A DNA stretch of 64,000 bases from an uncultured Candidatus Saccharibacteria bacterium (GTDB lineage Bacteria; Patescibacteriota; Minisyncoccia; UBA6257), in the NCBI GenBank assembly GCA_964479005.1, contig CAYZJA010000001.1, forward strand, positions 64,001 to 128,000, written 5' to 3'. A program made the translations under genes and the position numbers. How positions within the stretch are numbered: the stretch's first letter is position 1; every line of letters begins with the position of its first letter. Below, piece after piece: positions 18,545 to 27,317 of the stretch. The notes under the pieces were generated by a model, which worked only from the letters and a program-made list of their open reading frames with translations, did not search any database and was not told where the DNA came from.

Positions 18545-18574
18545 AAAACGTCAAAAATTAATTGAAAATTAAAA
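18544..18574 (+). promoter_or_regulatory. copy of the conserved upstream motif (aaaaaacgtcaaaaattaattgaaaattaaa)
   Basis: Followed only by a 10-codon mini-ORF and the perfect palindrome CCCAAGGATAAGCTTATCCTTGGG (18577-18600). That palindrome is the terminator of the minus-strand gene 18619-18855. Confidence 0.35.
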
Positions 18575-18618
18575 TGCCCAAGGATAAGCTTATCCTTGGG
18601 CGGTGATAGTGGGATTTA

Positions 18619-18855
18619 TTATTTCTTTTCATGATAAACTACCATAAAGATTGCAAATATTGCTACGAGCAAATAAATAGTAAAATCCGAGCTCATTATA
18701 CCAATATTTTTGACCGTTAATCTTTCTATTGAAGAAAACATAATGATAATACAACAGACAAGAGATGTTACAATAGAAATTATAAGCAGAATTGTCAAAG
18801 ACGCTAACACACGAGAGAAAATCTTCTCAATTTTAAAAGGAAAAAATTCTTTCAT
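18619..18855 (-). CDS. small membrane protein (2 TM)
   Basis: Strong SD (AAGGAGGAAGGG) 7 nt before the ATG on the minus strand. Terminated by the palindrome at 18577-18600. Confidence 0.4.
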   Translation of the reverse strand: MKEFFPFKIEKIFSRVLASLTILLIISIVTSLVCCIIIMFSSIERLTVKNIGIMSSDFTIYLLVAIFAIFMVVYHEKK

Positions 18856-18997
18856 TGATCCCTTCCTCCTTCTTATTTATTAAATCTTTTATCAAAGATT
18901 TTAATATACTATTTGTACAAAATAATACCATAAACTATTGGTTAGAAAACTTAAAAGATTATGAAAGTAGGGACAAGGAGAGCTAGAGAACTGGCTA

Positions 18998-19201
18998 TTA
19001 GCCTCCTTGTCGCCCGTGAGTTATTAAAAGAATTTTTTGTTTTTCGATTTCTATTTCAATCGTATTTAGTCCACCGTGGGTACTATCTGAGTAACCCTTG
19101 CCAGATCCGCAAACTGGACACGCTCCATCTTTCCAAAGTTTATGATGGGTTTTGTATAAGCAATGGCTGCATCTCCAGATCCTTTTAGGTACATTTTGCA
19201 T
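18998..19201 (-). CDS. small zinc-ribbon protein (CxxC...CxxC)
   Basis: CSHC...CPVC. SD GAAGGAG upstream on the minus strand. Shares an upstream motif with 18619-18855. Preferred over the overlapping + ORF 18961-19188. Confidence 0.4.
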   Translation of the reverse strand: MQNVPKRIWRCSHCLYKTHHKLWKDGACPVCGSGKGYSDSTHGGLNTIEIEIEKQKILLITHGRQGG

Positions 19202-19298
19202 TTGCTTTCACTCCTTCTTTTTTCTCTTTTTATTAGATTTTAAGATGTCAATATGCTATTTGTATAAGATGATACCATTAATTATAATAAAGGTCAAG

Positions 19299-19335
19299 TT
19301 CGTAAAAGGTAAAAATTAATGGAATATAAAATAAT
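19299..19335 (+). promoter_or_regulatory. degenerate copy of the conserved upstream motif (ttcgtaaaaggtaaaaattaatggaatataaaataat)
   Basis: About 90 nt upstream of the gene at 19423. Confidence 0.35.
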
Positions 19336-19422
19336 AGTTAGACTTTCTAATGTATTAGATTTTTGAAAAATCTGGTATAATTGAAAAGGTCGTTAACATT
19401 AATAAATAATTCTTAATAAATT

Positions 19423-19701
19423 ATGGCAGAAGTTATTAAAAAAAATGGAATGAAAGAACCATTTGATCCTGAAAAAATTAAAAAATCAATTGCTGGTGCT
19501 GCTCAACAGGCTGATGTCCCAGAAGAGAGAAAAGACGAAGTAGTATATGAAGTGGCAGGAACAGTAATCCCTATGTTTGAAGGTAAAGAGGAAATTGATA
19601 CAAGTGATATTAAGAAAGCTATTCTTAGTGAGTTGGATAGGGTTGAACCGGCTGTAGCTAGTGCTTGGAGAAAATATGAGGAAGGTAAAAGGAAAGTTTA
19701 A
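19423..19701 (+). CDS. stand-alone ATP-cone domain protein
   Basis: VIKKNGMKEPFDPEKIKKSI...YEEGKRK matches ATP-cone (NrdR/RNR N-terminal) topology. Confidence 0.5.
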   Translation: MAEVIKKNGMKEPFDPEKIKKSIAGAAQQADVPEERKDEVVYEVAGTVIPMFEGKEEIDTSDIKKAILSELDRVEPAVASAWRKYEEGKRKV

Positions 19702-19716
19702 TAAAGAAGGATGAAA

Positions 19717-19744
19717 GGCGTCCCAATGGGGCGCTTTTCAATTT
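19717..19744 (+). terminator. intrinsic terminator
   Basis: Hairpin GGCGTCCCAATGGGGCGC followed by TTTTCAATTT. Confidence 0.45.
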
Positions 19745-19898
19745 AGGTAAAAAAGAAATTAAAGTAATCTTTATTATCTATTACTTTTTCTACTTTTTAA
19801 TTCCTTTATTAGCTAAGATATTAATTATATTATATACTTATATATAATTTTAATAAACTAATCTTTATAAAAAGCTAAAAATTAAGGGAGAATTTATT

Positions 19899-20105
19899 AT
19901 GGAATGTCAAAAAGAAGAAAATTTAAAAAGTTGTCCTTGTACTTATCCTGATTGTCCAAGAAAAGGCATTTGTTGTGAGTGTATAAAATATCATTTGGCG
20001 CGCAATGAATTGCCAGCTTGTTGTTTTTCAAAGGAAGCAGAAAAGACTTTTGATCGTTCCTTTGAAATGTTTATTAAAAATCAAAAAGGCAAATTGAAAG
20101 AATAG
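19899..20105 (+). CDS. small cysteine-rich protein (CPC...CP...CCEC...CC)
   Basis: 68 aa with 8 Cys in a metal-binding-like arrangement. Confidence 0.4.
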   Translation: MECQKEENLKSCPCTYPDCPRKGICCECIKYHLARNELPACCFSKEAEKTFDRSFEMFIKNQKGKLKE

Positions 20106-20138
20106 AGAAGATAATAAGCATTTTATGTTAAAATATAT

Positions 20139-20174
20139 TAAAAGGTCGGAAATTAATTAAAGAAATTAAATACT
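20139..20174 (+). promoter_or_regulatory. copy of the conserved upstream motif (ttaaaaggtcggaaattaattaaagaaattaaatac)
   Basis: Ends at the ATG at 20175. Confidence 0.4.
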
Positions 20175-20339
20175 ATGAAAAAAGAATTTCCTTATCAAAT
20201 TCATATGGCCCTTGGACTCATTTGGCTTTTTGTTGGGGTAGTTTTTCATTCAGGAATTGAGTTAGCTATTTGGGTCGCTGGAGGATTAGTGATGGTAACA
20301 ATTGGTTTTTTAAACAAAAAAGGCAAAGAAAATCATTAG
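20175..20339 (+). CDS. small membrane protein (54 aa, 2 TM); not in the ORF track because it is under 60 aa
   Basis: ATG directly after the motif copy. Hydrophobic MALGLIWLFVGVVF...AIWVAGGLVMVTIGF. Confidence 0.35.
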   Translation: MKKEFPYQIHMALGLIWLFVGVVFHSGIELAIWVAGGLVMVTIGFLNKKGKENH

Positions 20340-20362
20340 TAGGTAAAAATAGTAAAAATAAT

Positions 20363-20584
20363 ATGAATAATAAAATCTTAAAAGCCCTAAGAGAAGATTT
20401 AATTGGGGAATTAGGGGCTATTAATCAATATCAGGAGCATATTGATGAAATTGATGATGAAGAGGCCAAAAAAGTATTAAGTCATATTAGAGATGATGAA
20501 AAAGAGCATGTCGCTGAGTTAATTAAGATAATTAGAAAATTAGATACTACACAGGAAGAAAAGTTCCAGAAAGAAGAGCTCTAA
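20363..20584 (+). CDS. small ferritin-like/EncFtn-like four-helix protein
   Basis: LGAINQYQEHID...DDEKEHVAELIKII ExxH-type motifs. Start moved to the ATG at 20363; the ORF-track start at 20270 overlaps the upstream small gene out of frame. Confidence 0.4.
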   Translation: MNNKILKALREDLIGELGAINQYQEHIDEIDDEEAKKVLSHIRDDEKEHVAELIKIIRKLDTTQEEKFQKEEL

Positions 20585-20589
20585 ATCAT

Positions 20590-20880
20590 ATGGTAGGAAA
20601 ATCTGAAAAATATTGGTCTAAAGAAGTTACTTTAAAGAGTCGCGCTTTAGTCTTAGAAGAGGGTGTTTTTACTTGGCAAGATCCAAAACATATTGCTCAA
20701 TCGCTGAAAAAATCAGCTGAAGAAAGTACTGAGCGAAAGGGAACACCGCTTCAATCAGCGATGTCAATGCTTAATTTTTATATTAACCGCGCTGGTAAAA
20801 ACCTTGATTCAAAGCAACGCAAGATTTTGGAACAAGCCAAAAAAGAATTGAGAATAGTTTTTGGAAAAAATAAAGAATAA
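20590..20880 (+). CDS. DUF3175 family protein
   Basis: GVFTWQDPKHIAQSLKKSAEES...SAMSMLNFYINRAGKNL...AKKELR matches the DUF3175 consensus. Confidence 0.6.
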   Translation: MVGKSEKYWSKEVTLKSRALVLEEGVFTWQDPKHIAQSLKKSAEESTERKGTPLQSAMSMLNFYINRAGKNLDSKQRKILEQAKKELRIVFGKNKE

Positions 20881-20892
20881 TTAATAAAAAAG

Positions 20893-21894
20893 ATGAAGAA
20901 AGGAAGTAATATTAATAAAGGCGAGATTGTTATTTATCGTCCCAAAAGTGGTGAAGTTGAAGTAAAAGTTAAATTGGAGAAAGAAACAATTTGGTTAACG
21001 CAAGCGCAAATTGCTTCACTTTTTGGTACAAAAAGACCAGCAATTACCAAGCACCTTAGTAATATTTTTAAAAGCGGGGAATTAGATAAAAATTCAGTAT
21101 GTTCCATTTTGGAACATACTGCCGCTGATGGAAAAACGTATAAAACCAAGTTTTATAATTTAGACATAATTATTTCTGTTGGCTATAGAGTGAATTCTAA
21201 AAGAGCGACACAGTTTAGGGTTTGGGCAACAAGAGTTTTAAAACAGCATATTCTTCAGGGTTACACCATTAATCAAAGGCGTTTATTAGAAACCAGGTCC
21301 AAGTTTAAAGAATTGCAGAATGCCATTGCTTTTTTACGGGAAAAATCAAGCAAGAAAACACTTAAAGGACAGGAAAAAGAGATATTAGATTTATTAGGTA
21401 ATTATGCTAAAACACTGACTATTTTAAGGCAGTATGATAAAGGAAGAGTGCGGAAGTCAAAGGGTATGGAGGCTAAGTTTGTTTTAAGATATGATAATTG
21501 CAAGAATATTATCGTTGTATTAAAGAAAAATTTAATAGCAGAAAAAAAGGCTAGTGGTTTTTTTGGCGTTGAGACTGAAAGTAAATTTGAAGGTATAGCT
21601 AAAAATTTATACCAGACATTTGATAGAAAAATATTGTATAAAACTATTGAGGAAAAAGCAGCGCATTTACTTTACTTTACTATTAAAGATCATCCATTTG
21701 TAGATGGTAACAAGCGAATTGCTTCGTTTTTGTTTGTTTATTTCTTAGATAAAAATGATTATCTTTATCGTAAGAATGGTGAGAAGAAAATAAATGATAA
21801 TGCTTTAGTTGCTTTAGCTCTCTTGGTTGCAGTAAGTGATTCTAAAGAAAAAGATATTTTGATTAAAATAATCATAAATCTTATAAATACTTAA
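20893..21894 (+). CDS. RhuM-like N-terminal domain fused to a Fic/Doc domain
   Basis: N-terminus: IWLTQAQIASLFG...ISVGYRVNSKRATQFRVWATRVL (RhuM). C-terminus: HPFVDGNKRIAS (Fic/Doc HxFxDGNKR motif). Confidence 0.7.
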   Translation: MKKGSNINKGEIVIYRPKSGEVEVKVKLEKETIWLTQAQIASLFGTKRPAITKHLSNIFKSGELDKNSVCSILEHTAADGKTYKTKFYNLDIIISVGYRVNSKRATQFRVWATRVLKQHILQGYTINQRRLLETRSKFKELQNAIAFLREKSSKKTLKGQEKEILDLLGNYAKTLTILRQYDKGRVRKSKGMEAKFVLRYDNCKNIIVVLKKNLIAEKKASGFFGVETESKFEGIAKNLYQTFDRKILYKTIEEKAAHLLYFTIKDHPFVDGNKRIASFLFVYFLDKNDYLYRKNGEKKINDNALVALALLVAVSDSKEKDILIKIIINLINT

Positions 21895-21926
21895 TTTTTA
21901 AATTTAAAAAGATAATTAATAAAAAT

Positions 21927-22640
21927 ATGAAATTAGATAAAAAAGTAGCTTTAGTAACAGGCGGTTCAAATGGCATTGGAAAAGCTATTGCCCAGAGATT
22001 TTTAGATGAAGGAGCAAAGGTTATAATCTTTGATATTGTAAAACCAGATTATGATGTGAATTTTTATAAAGTTGATATAAGTAAAGAGGAACAAATCAGA
22101 AAAGCGTTTGAGAAAATTGAAGAATTAGATATTGTTGTTAATAACGCTGGAATTTATTTTCAAGCATCTGTTGAAGAAACATCAGGCGAACAATTAGACA
22201 AAATGATGGATGTAAACTTTAAAGGAGCATATTTGATTTCTAAATACGCGCTTCCTTTGGTTAGAAAAAACAAAGGAAATATTATCAATATTTCTTCTGC
22301 CATTGGAATTGCACCTGAGCCAGGATCTCCAGCTTATTGTTCATCTAAAGCAGCGATAATAATGCTTACTAAATGTATGGCTCAGGAATATGCTGCAGAA
22401 GGAATAAGAGTAAATGTGATATTACCAGGACCTATAGATACTCCATTATTGAGAAGAGTTCTTTCTTCTGATGAAGCGATTCATAAGTATGCTGAGTTAA
22501 ATCCCATGAGAAGAATTGGAAAACCTCAAGATGTTGCAAATGTGGCAGTCTTTTTGGCTTCAGATGAAGCAGGTTATGTAACTGGTGGAATATATTCAGT
22601 GGATGGCGGAGAATCCAGTTCTAGCCGATATTCAAAATAA
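21927..22640 (+). CDS. short-chain dehydrogenase/reductase (SDR)
   Basis: TGGSNGIGKA, NNAG and YCSSKAA catalytic YxxxK. Confidence 0.85.
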   Translation: MKLDKKVALVTGGSNGIGKAIAQRFLDEGAKVIIFDIVKPDYDVNFYKVDISKEEQIRKAFEKIEELDIVVNNAGIYFQASVEETSGEQLDKMMDVNFKGAYLISKYALPLVRKNKGNIINISSAIGIAPEPGSPAYCSSKAAIIMLTKCMAQEYAAEGIRVNVILPGPIDTPLLRRVLSSDEAIHKYAELNPMRRIGKPQDVANVAVFLASDEAGYVTGGIYSVDGGESSSSRYSK

Positions 22641-22667
22641 GAACCTGCTTCGCAGAACCTTGTTTTT
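22637..22667 (+). repeat. copy of the short dispersed repeat (ataagaacctgcttcgcagaaccttgttttt)
   Basis: Near-identical to the segment inside rplR at 47091-47123, and inverted relative to the tandem units at 44046-44169. Confidence 0.6.
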
Positions 22668-22687
22668 CATTTCATTCAAAATAACAA

Positions 22688-23065
22688 TTGAAAAATATTA
22701 TGCTTAAATTAACAATTTTTGAAGCATTATTGATTACCCACGTTCTAGTAGATTGGATATTTCAATGGAAGTGGGAGGCGATGAATAAATCTAAAAAATG
22801 GTTGCCTTTATTTTTTCATTGCGCAGTTTATACAATAGGTTTTATTCCAGTGTTTTTGATATATAAAATTAATTTAATTTGGTTAATTTTATTGTTTGTT
22901 TCTCATGTTGTTTTTGACAGACGGAAATTTGAGGTATGGTTGTTAGAAAGTTTTAAGGGAATCACCAAAAAAGACACACCCGAATCTCTTTGGAGGATAT
23001 TGTTGATTGGAACTGACCAAATTTTACATATTGTAATTTTAACATTGGTAGTTATATTTAATTAA
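22688..23065 (+). CDS. DUF3307-like small membrane protein
   Basis: Four TM segments; the N-terminal HVLVDWIFQ pattern resembles DUF3307. Confidence 0.4.
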   Translation: MKNIMLKLTIFEALLITHVLVDWIFQWKWEAMNKSKKWLPLFFHCAVYTIGFIPVFLIYKINLIWLILLFVSHVVFDRRKFEVWLLESFKGITKKDTPESLWRILLIGTDQILHIVILTLVVIFN

Positions 23066-23218
23066 CAAAAAAATATGAAAAATGATTTTATAAAATATTT
23101 ATTCTTGTTTATTATTGGAATGTTAGGAGTTTTTGTTGGTAGAAGGATGGCGATTAAAAGAATGATAAAAAAATCTTCGTCAGATAAGGAAGATATGGTA
23201 TAGTAATAAAAGAAAGAT

Positions 23219-24004
23219 TTGTATATGTCCCAATATTACAATTCACAAAGAACGCATGGATTATATGATTCTGCTTCAAAAGAGCCGTTTAAAATTTCGC
23301 GGTCAAAAATTGATTTGTTTTTGCAATGTCCGCGATGTTTTTATTTGGACAGAAAATTGGGAGTCGCGCGGCCGCCAGGATTTCCATTTGCTTTAAATAG
23401 CGCTGTTGATACTTTACTAAAACAGGAATTTGATATTTATCGCGCTAAAGGCGCAAAACATCCTTTTATGGAAACTTATAAGGTTGATGCTGTTCCTTTT
23501 AAACATGAAAAGCTTGAAGAATGGCGTGATGCAAGAACAAGGGGAATAACTTATCTCCACAAACCAACAGATTTATTAATTACTGGTGGCATTGATGATA
23601 TTTGGGTAAATTCTAAAGGAGAATTAATTATTGTTGATTACAAGGCAACATCAAAGAACGGAGAAGTGAGTTTAGACGCTGATTGGCAGATTAGCTATAA
23701 AAGACAAATGGAAATATATCAGTGGTTGTTTAGAAAAAACGGATTTAAAGTTTCTGATACTGGATATTTTGTTTATTGTAACGGTAAAACAGATGTAAAA
23801 GTTTTTGATAATAAATTGGAATTTGATGTCACTTTAATAGCATATAAAGGTGATGATTCTTGGATAGAAAAAACTATTTCTGATATTCATAAATGTTTGA
23901 ATAATGATAAAATTCCAAAAGCAGACGCTGATTGTGATTATTGTAACTATGTTGAATCAGTAAAATCTAAAACAATAGAATCTAAAAACGGAACATTGTT
24001 TTAG
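23219..24004 (+). CDS. PD-(D/E)xK nuclease superfamily protein with Cas4/RecB-like Fe-S cysteines
   Basis: N-terminal CPRCFY, core IIVDYKAT, C-terminal CDYCNY. Confidence 0.6.
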   Translation: MYMSQYYNSQRTHGLYDSASKEPFKISRSKIDLFLQCPRCFYLDRKLGVARPPGFPFALNSAVDTLLKQEFDIYRAKGAKHPFMETYKVDAVPFKHEKLEEWRDARTRGITYLHKPTDLLITGGIDDIWVNSKGELIIVDYKATSKNGEVSLDADWQISYKRQMEIYQWLFRKNGFKVSDTGYFVYCNGKTDVKVFDNKLEFDVTLIAYKGDDSWIEKTISDIHKCLNNDKIPKADADCDYCNYVESVKSKTIESKNGTLF

Positions 24005-24009
24005 AAAAT

Positions 24010-24489
24010 ATGAAAAAACAAAATCTTTTAATTGGTTCAATAGTTATTCTGATATTGGTCTTAGTAGGAGTTATTGGGTATTTTATTATTGGACAAGAAA
24101 AAACCATGACAGTAAAGATATTTTTTGGAAATATTAAAGAAGATCCAGAAGTTCTAAATTGCGAGAAAGTTTATTCTGTAGAAAGGCAGGTTCTTAAAAG
24201 CAAAGCAATAATTCAAGCATTAGAAGAACTTTTAAAAGGTCCAACTGTAGAGGAACAAGAAAAAGGATATTTAACTAATATTAATTCTGGCGTGAATATT
24301 AATAATTTGATTGTAAAAAATAATGTAGCTAGAGTTGATTTTGATGAACAATTAGAATTTCAAGTAGGAGGGTCTTGTCGGGTAATGGCTATTCGTTCTC
24401 AAATTACTGGAACTCTAGTACAATCTTCTGAAATTAATGATGTTATAATTTCTATTAATGGTCGTATTGAAGATATTTTACAACCTTAA
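24010..24489 (+). CDS. GerMN domain lipoprotein/secreted protein
   Basis: VKIFFGN...ELLKGPT...YLTNINSGVNINNL...ARVDFDEQL matches the GerMN pattern. Confidence 0.55.
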   Translation: MKKQNLLIGSIVILILVLVGVIGYFIIGQEKTMTVKIFFGNIKEDPEVLNCEKVYSVERQVLKSKAIIQALEELLKGPTVEEQEKGYLTNINSGVNINNLIVKNNVARVDFDEQLEFQVGGSCRVMAIRSQITGTLVQSSEINDVIISINGRIEDILQP

Positions 24490-24498
24490 ATATATCAA

Positions 24499-24726
24499 AT
24501 GCTAATTAAAGTTAAAGTTTTCTCGCATTCAAAGAAGCGAGGAATAATTAAAAAAACTGAAGATAGTTTTGAAGTAAGAGTAAAAGTAAAGCCATTGCAA
24601 GGTCAGGCAAATAAAGAAGCAATTAAAGTTCTGGCAGAATATTTTGAAATTCCAGAATCAGATATAAGATTGATTAAAGGATTTAGGCACACAAATAAAG
24701 TTTTTACAATATCAGAAATTAAATAA
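24499..24726 (+). CDS. DUF167 (YggU/UPF0235) family protein
   Basis: VKVKPLQGQANKEAIKVLAEYFEIP...IRLIKG. Confidence 0.6.
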   Translation: MLIKVKVFSHSKKRGIIKKTEDSFEVRVKVKPLQGQANKEAIKVLAEYFEIPESDIRLIKGFRHTNKVFTISEIK

Positions 24727-24837
24727 ATTTATGAAAAAGGAGATTAAAATTAGAAGAAAAGTGCATACGCCGTTGCGCCGTCCGCCTCGTTTAAGTGGGA
24801 AAAGGCATAAATTTGGAATAAAGCCAATTAAGAAAAA

Positions 24838-24866
24838 AGCAAAAGGTCGGAAATAACAATTAAAAT
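24838..24866 (+). promoter_or_regulatory. degenerate copy of the conserved upstream motif (gcaaaaggtcggaaataacaattaaaat)
   Basis: Ends at the ATG of rarA (24867). Confidence 0.35.
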
Positions 24867-26075
24867 ATGGATTTTGTAGATAAAAACAAGCCATTGGCTG
24901 ATAGAATGAGACCAGACTCTCTGGGTGATTTTTTAGGTCAGGAAGAACTTGTTGGGGAAGGAAAACTATTAAGGCAGGCAATTGAATCTGATAAAGTCCC
25001 TTCAATGATTTTTTGGGGACCTCCAGGAAGTGGTAAAACCACCTTGGCTTATATTATTGTCAAACAAACTAAATCTGAATTTAGACGGATGAGCGCTGTT
25101 TCCAGCGGAATAAAAGATTTAAGAGAAACTGTAAAACAGGCAGAAGAAAACAAAAAATTAGGAAAAAGGACAATTTTATTTATTGATGAAATTCATCGTT
25201 GGAATAAAGCTCAGCAGGACGCATTGCTTCCTCATATTGAACAAGGATTGATAATACTTATTGGGGCTACAACAGAAAATCCCAGTTTTGAAGTTATAGG
25301 GGCATTACTTTCCCGTTGTAGGGTTTTTGTTTTAAAACAGCTCAATAAATCTCAGATTTCAGAGATTATTAAAAGAGCGCTGAAAGATAAGAAAAAAGGA
25401 TTAGGCAAATTAGGCATAAAAATAGATAATGAAATAATTGATACTATTTCAGAGATGAGCAATGGGGATGCTAGAATTGCTCTTAATGTTCTTGAATATG
25501 CGTCTTCTATTTCAAATGAAATCACATTAGATCTTGTAAAAGACGCTTTTCAGAAATCCAATTTGTTTTATGATAAAAATGGTGAAGAACATTATAATAT
25601 AATTTCAGCATTACACAAATCAATGCGTGGATCTGATGCTAATGCCGCTTTGTATTGGTTAGCAAGAATGTTGGAAGCAGGTGAGGACCCTTTGTATGTA
25701 GCTAGAAGAATTGTACGGTTTGCTTCAGAAGATATAGGTTTATCTAATTCTCAGGCATTACAACAAGCTGTTACTGCTTATCAGGCTTGTCATTTTATAG
25801 GAATGCCAGAATGTAATGTTATATTAGCCCAGGCAGTTGTTTATATGGCTAAATGTAAAAAATCAAATGATTTATACGTTGCTTATAAAAAGGCCGCTGA
25901 AGATGTGAGGAAATATGGAAATTTGCCAGTGCCTTTGCATATTCGTAATGCCCCGACAAAATTAATGGAGGATTTAAAATATGGTAAAGGATATAAATAT
26001 AGCCCTGATTATGATTACAAAGAAAATCAAGAATATTTACCAAAAGAATTAAAAGATAAAAAGTATTTAAAATAA
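24867..26075 (+). CDS. rarA: replication-associated recombination protein A (AAA+ ATPase MgsA/RarA)
   Basis: GPPGSGKTTLA Walker A, ILFIDEIHRWNK, and the MgsA C-terminal helical domain. Confidence 0.9.
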   Translation: MDFVDKNKPLADRMRPDSLGDFLGQEELVGEGKLLRQAIESDKVPSMIFWGPPGSGKTTLAYIIVKQTKSEFRRMSAVSSGIKDLRETVKQAEENKKLGKRTILFIDEIHRWNKAQQDALLPHIEQGLIILIGATTENPSFEVIGALLSRCRVFVLKQLNKSQISEIIKRALKDKKKGLGKLGIKIDNEIIDTISEMSNGDARIALNVLEYASSISNEITLDLVKDAFQKSNLFYDKNGEEHYNIISALHKSMRGSDANAALYWLARMLEAGEDPLYVARRIVRFASEDIGLSNSQALQQAVTAYQACHFIGMPECNVILAQAVVYMAKCKKSNDLYVAYKKAAEDVRKYGNLPVPLHIRNAPTKLMEDLKYGKGYKYSPDYDYKENQEYLPKELKDKKYLK

Positions 26076-26113
26076 AAATCCTCTCATTCCTTTTTTGTAG
26101 AAATAAGAGGATT

Positions 26114-26830
26114 TTAAATTTTGTCTGCCATGTTTAAGAGTTCTTCAATTATGGCTTCTCTTGTTTCCTTTTTGCTTTCTTTATTATCAAGCATTTTTTC
26201 CAAATCCTCAAGAGAAATATGGTCACCAATTTTTACTTTAATTCTTACTTTTCGGAGTAAGTAACCAATCCAATCCCCATCTGGTTTTCCATAAGGACCT
26301 TCCGCTTCAATTCTGAGAGGGAAAACAGCGATTTTTTGATTAGTTGTTTTTTCTGTTTGTTCGATAACCAGACTAACTAATCCCCCGACTCTTTTGTCTT
26401 TTGGGACTACTGTTCCCTCAGGGAAGATAACTATACTGACACCCTGCTTTATAAGACTGATCATTTCTCTAATAGTGTCCCTTTTTGTATTTTTTTGATT
26501 GATAAAGATAATATAAGGGCTTAAACAAAGGCATTTGAAAAGCGTTCTTAAGTTATCTTTAGCAACATATCTTGTTGTGCTATACAGAAAGATATGTCGA
26601 AACTGAAGTTTCCAAAAAGCAGCTGCCAGAAAAACCGGATCCCAACAACCGAAGTGGCGAGCTACAAAAATAGAACCGAGATTATTCCGTTTTTGCCAGA
26701 GAGAGATTTTCTTTTGACCATATACCCGCACTCCGAAGAAAATTAGAGAAAGTAAAAAGCACAATAATCCGTAGACTTGATAAATCCAAGCATAAACAAT
26801 TTTCAAAGAGCTTGATTTCATTTCTATCAC
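26114..26830 (-). CDS. lysophospholipid acyltransferase (PlsC-like)
   Basis: N-terminal TM. HFGCWD HxxxxD motif. FPEGT motif. Confidence 0.6.
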   Translation of the reverse strand: MIEMKSSSLKIVYAWIYQVYGLLCFLLSLIFFGVRVYGQKKISLWQKRNNLGSIFVARHFGCWDPVFLAAAFWKLQFRHIFLYSTTRYVAKDNLRTLFKCLCLSPYIIFINQKNTKRDTIREMISLIKQGVSIVIFPEGTVVPKDKRVGGLVSLVIEQTEKTTNQKIAVFPLRIEAEGPYGKPDGDWIGYLLRKVRIKVKIGDHISLEDLEKMLDNKESKKETREAIIEELLNMADKI

Positions 26831-27217
26831 CTCCTAAAGTGATTATTAATTATTTATAAAACTATACAATTAACCAAGATAGATGTCAACTGGCATGCTT
26901 TAGGAAAAATATCCTGAGATTCCAGTAATAACCGTTAGCCTAAAAGAAACTAAAAATTCAATAGAGAGGGGAATCTTAGAACTACTTGACAAGAGCAAGG
27001 AACTATGCTAACATAAATGTAGTACATTTTGAGAATAAATTGAGAATACAGAGAGTCCTTGGTTTTATTAAAAGCTCTAAGATAGAGTTTTATGAGATAA
27101 TAGGGTTATCCAGATAACCTAAAGAAATATCTCAATATTGATAAACTAGCTAGAATGTAGCAATTACCGCAACAATTAAATAAGTTGTAATTGAAGAAGC
27201 GAGGACTCTTAATTAAT

Positions 27218-27272
27218 CGGCGGTGTCAGGTTAGTCAGGAAAAAGGAACTAATCTGATACCGCCTTTTTTCT
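27218..27272 (+). terminator. long hairpin plus T-run (intrinsic terminator of an unannotated + strand transcript)
   Basis: CGGCGGTGTCAGGTTAGT...ACTAATCTGATACCGCC followed by TTTTTT, inside a divergent intergenic region. Confidence 0.45.
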
Positions 27273-27317
27273 TTGTCAAAAAATTGATAAGATATAATAG
27301 ATCTGAAAATATTAAAT

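Noticed and set aside
17515-18607. Mini-ORFs directly after motif copies (15 codons at 17515-17562; 10 codons at 18575-18607)
   Set aside because: Too short and unconserved to call. The second overlaps the palindromic terminator of the convergent minus-strand gene. They may simply reflect the motif's built-in ATG-proximal position.
18961-19188. + strand ORF (75 aa) overlapping the minus-strand zinc-ribbon gene
   Set aside because: The minus-strand ORF has a Shine-Dalgarno site, a CxxC...CxxC motif and an upstream element shared with the neighbouring minus-strand gene. The + ORF has no start context and a low-complexity sequence.
20270-20362. Upstream extension of the ferritin-like ORF (ORF-track start at 20270)
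   Set aside because: The extension overlaps the motif-driven small membrane ORF (20175-20339) in another frame, and the ferritin-like homology begins only at the ATG at 20363.
24731-24856. 41-codon very basic ORF (MKKEIKIRRKVHTPLRRPPRLSGKRHKFGIKPIKKKAKGRK) as ribosomal protein L34
   Set aside because: The C-terminal AKGRK is reminiscent of L34. The rest does not match the L34 consensus (no HGFR.RM), and the genomic context is atypical. It is left as an unassigned possible small basic protein.
27218-27272. Possible SRP (4.5S) RNA domain IV hairpin
   Set aside because: The GTCAGG segment is suggestive. However the helix lacks the conserved AGCA / GNRA-tetraloop arrangement and the symmetric internal loops of SRP RNA. 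It is better explained as an intrinsic terminator.
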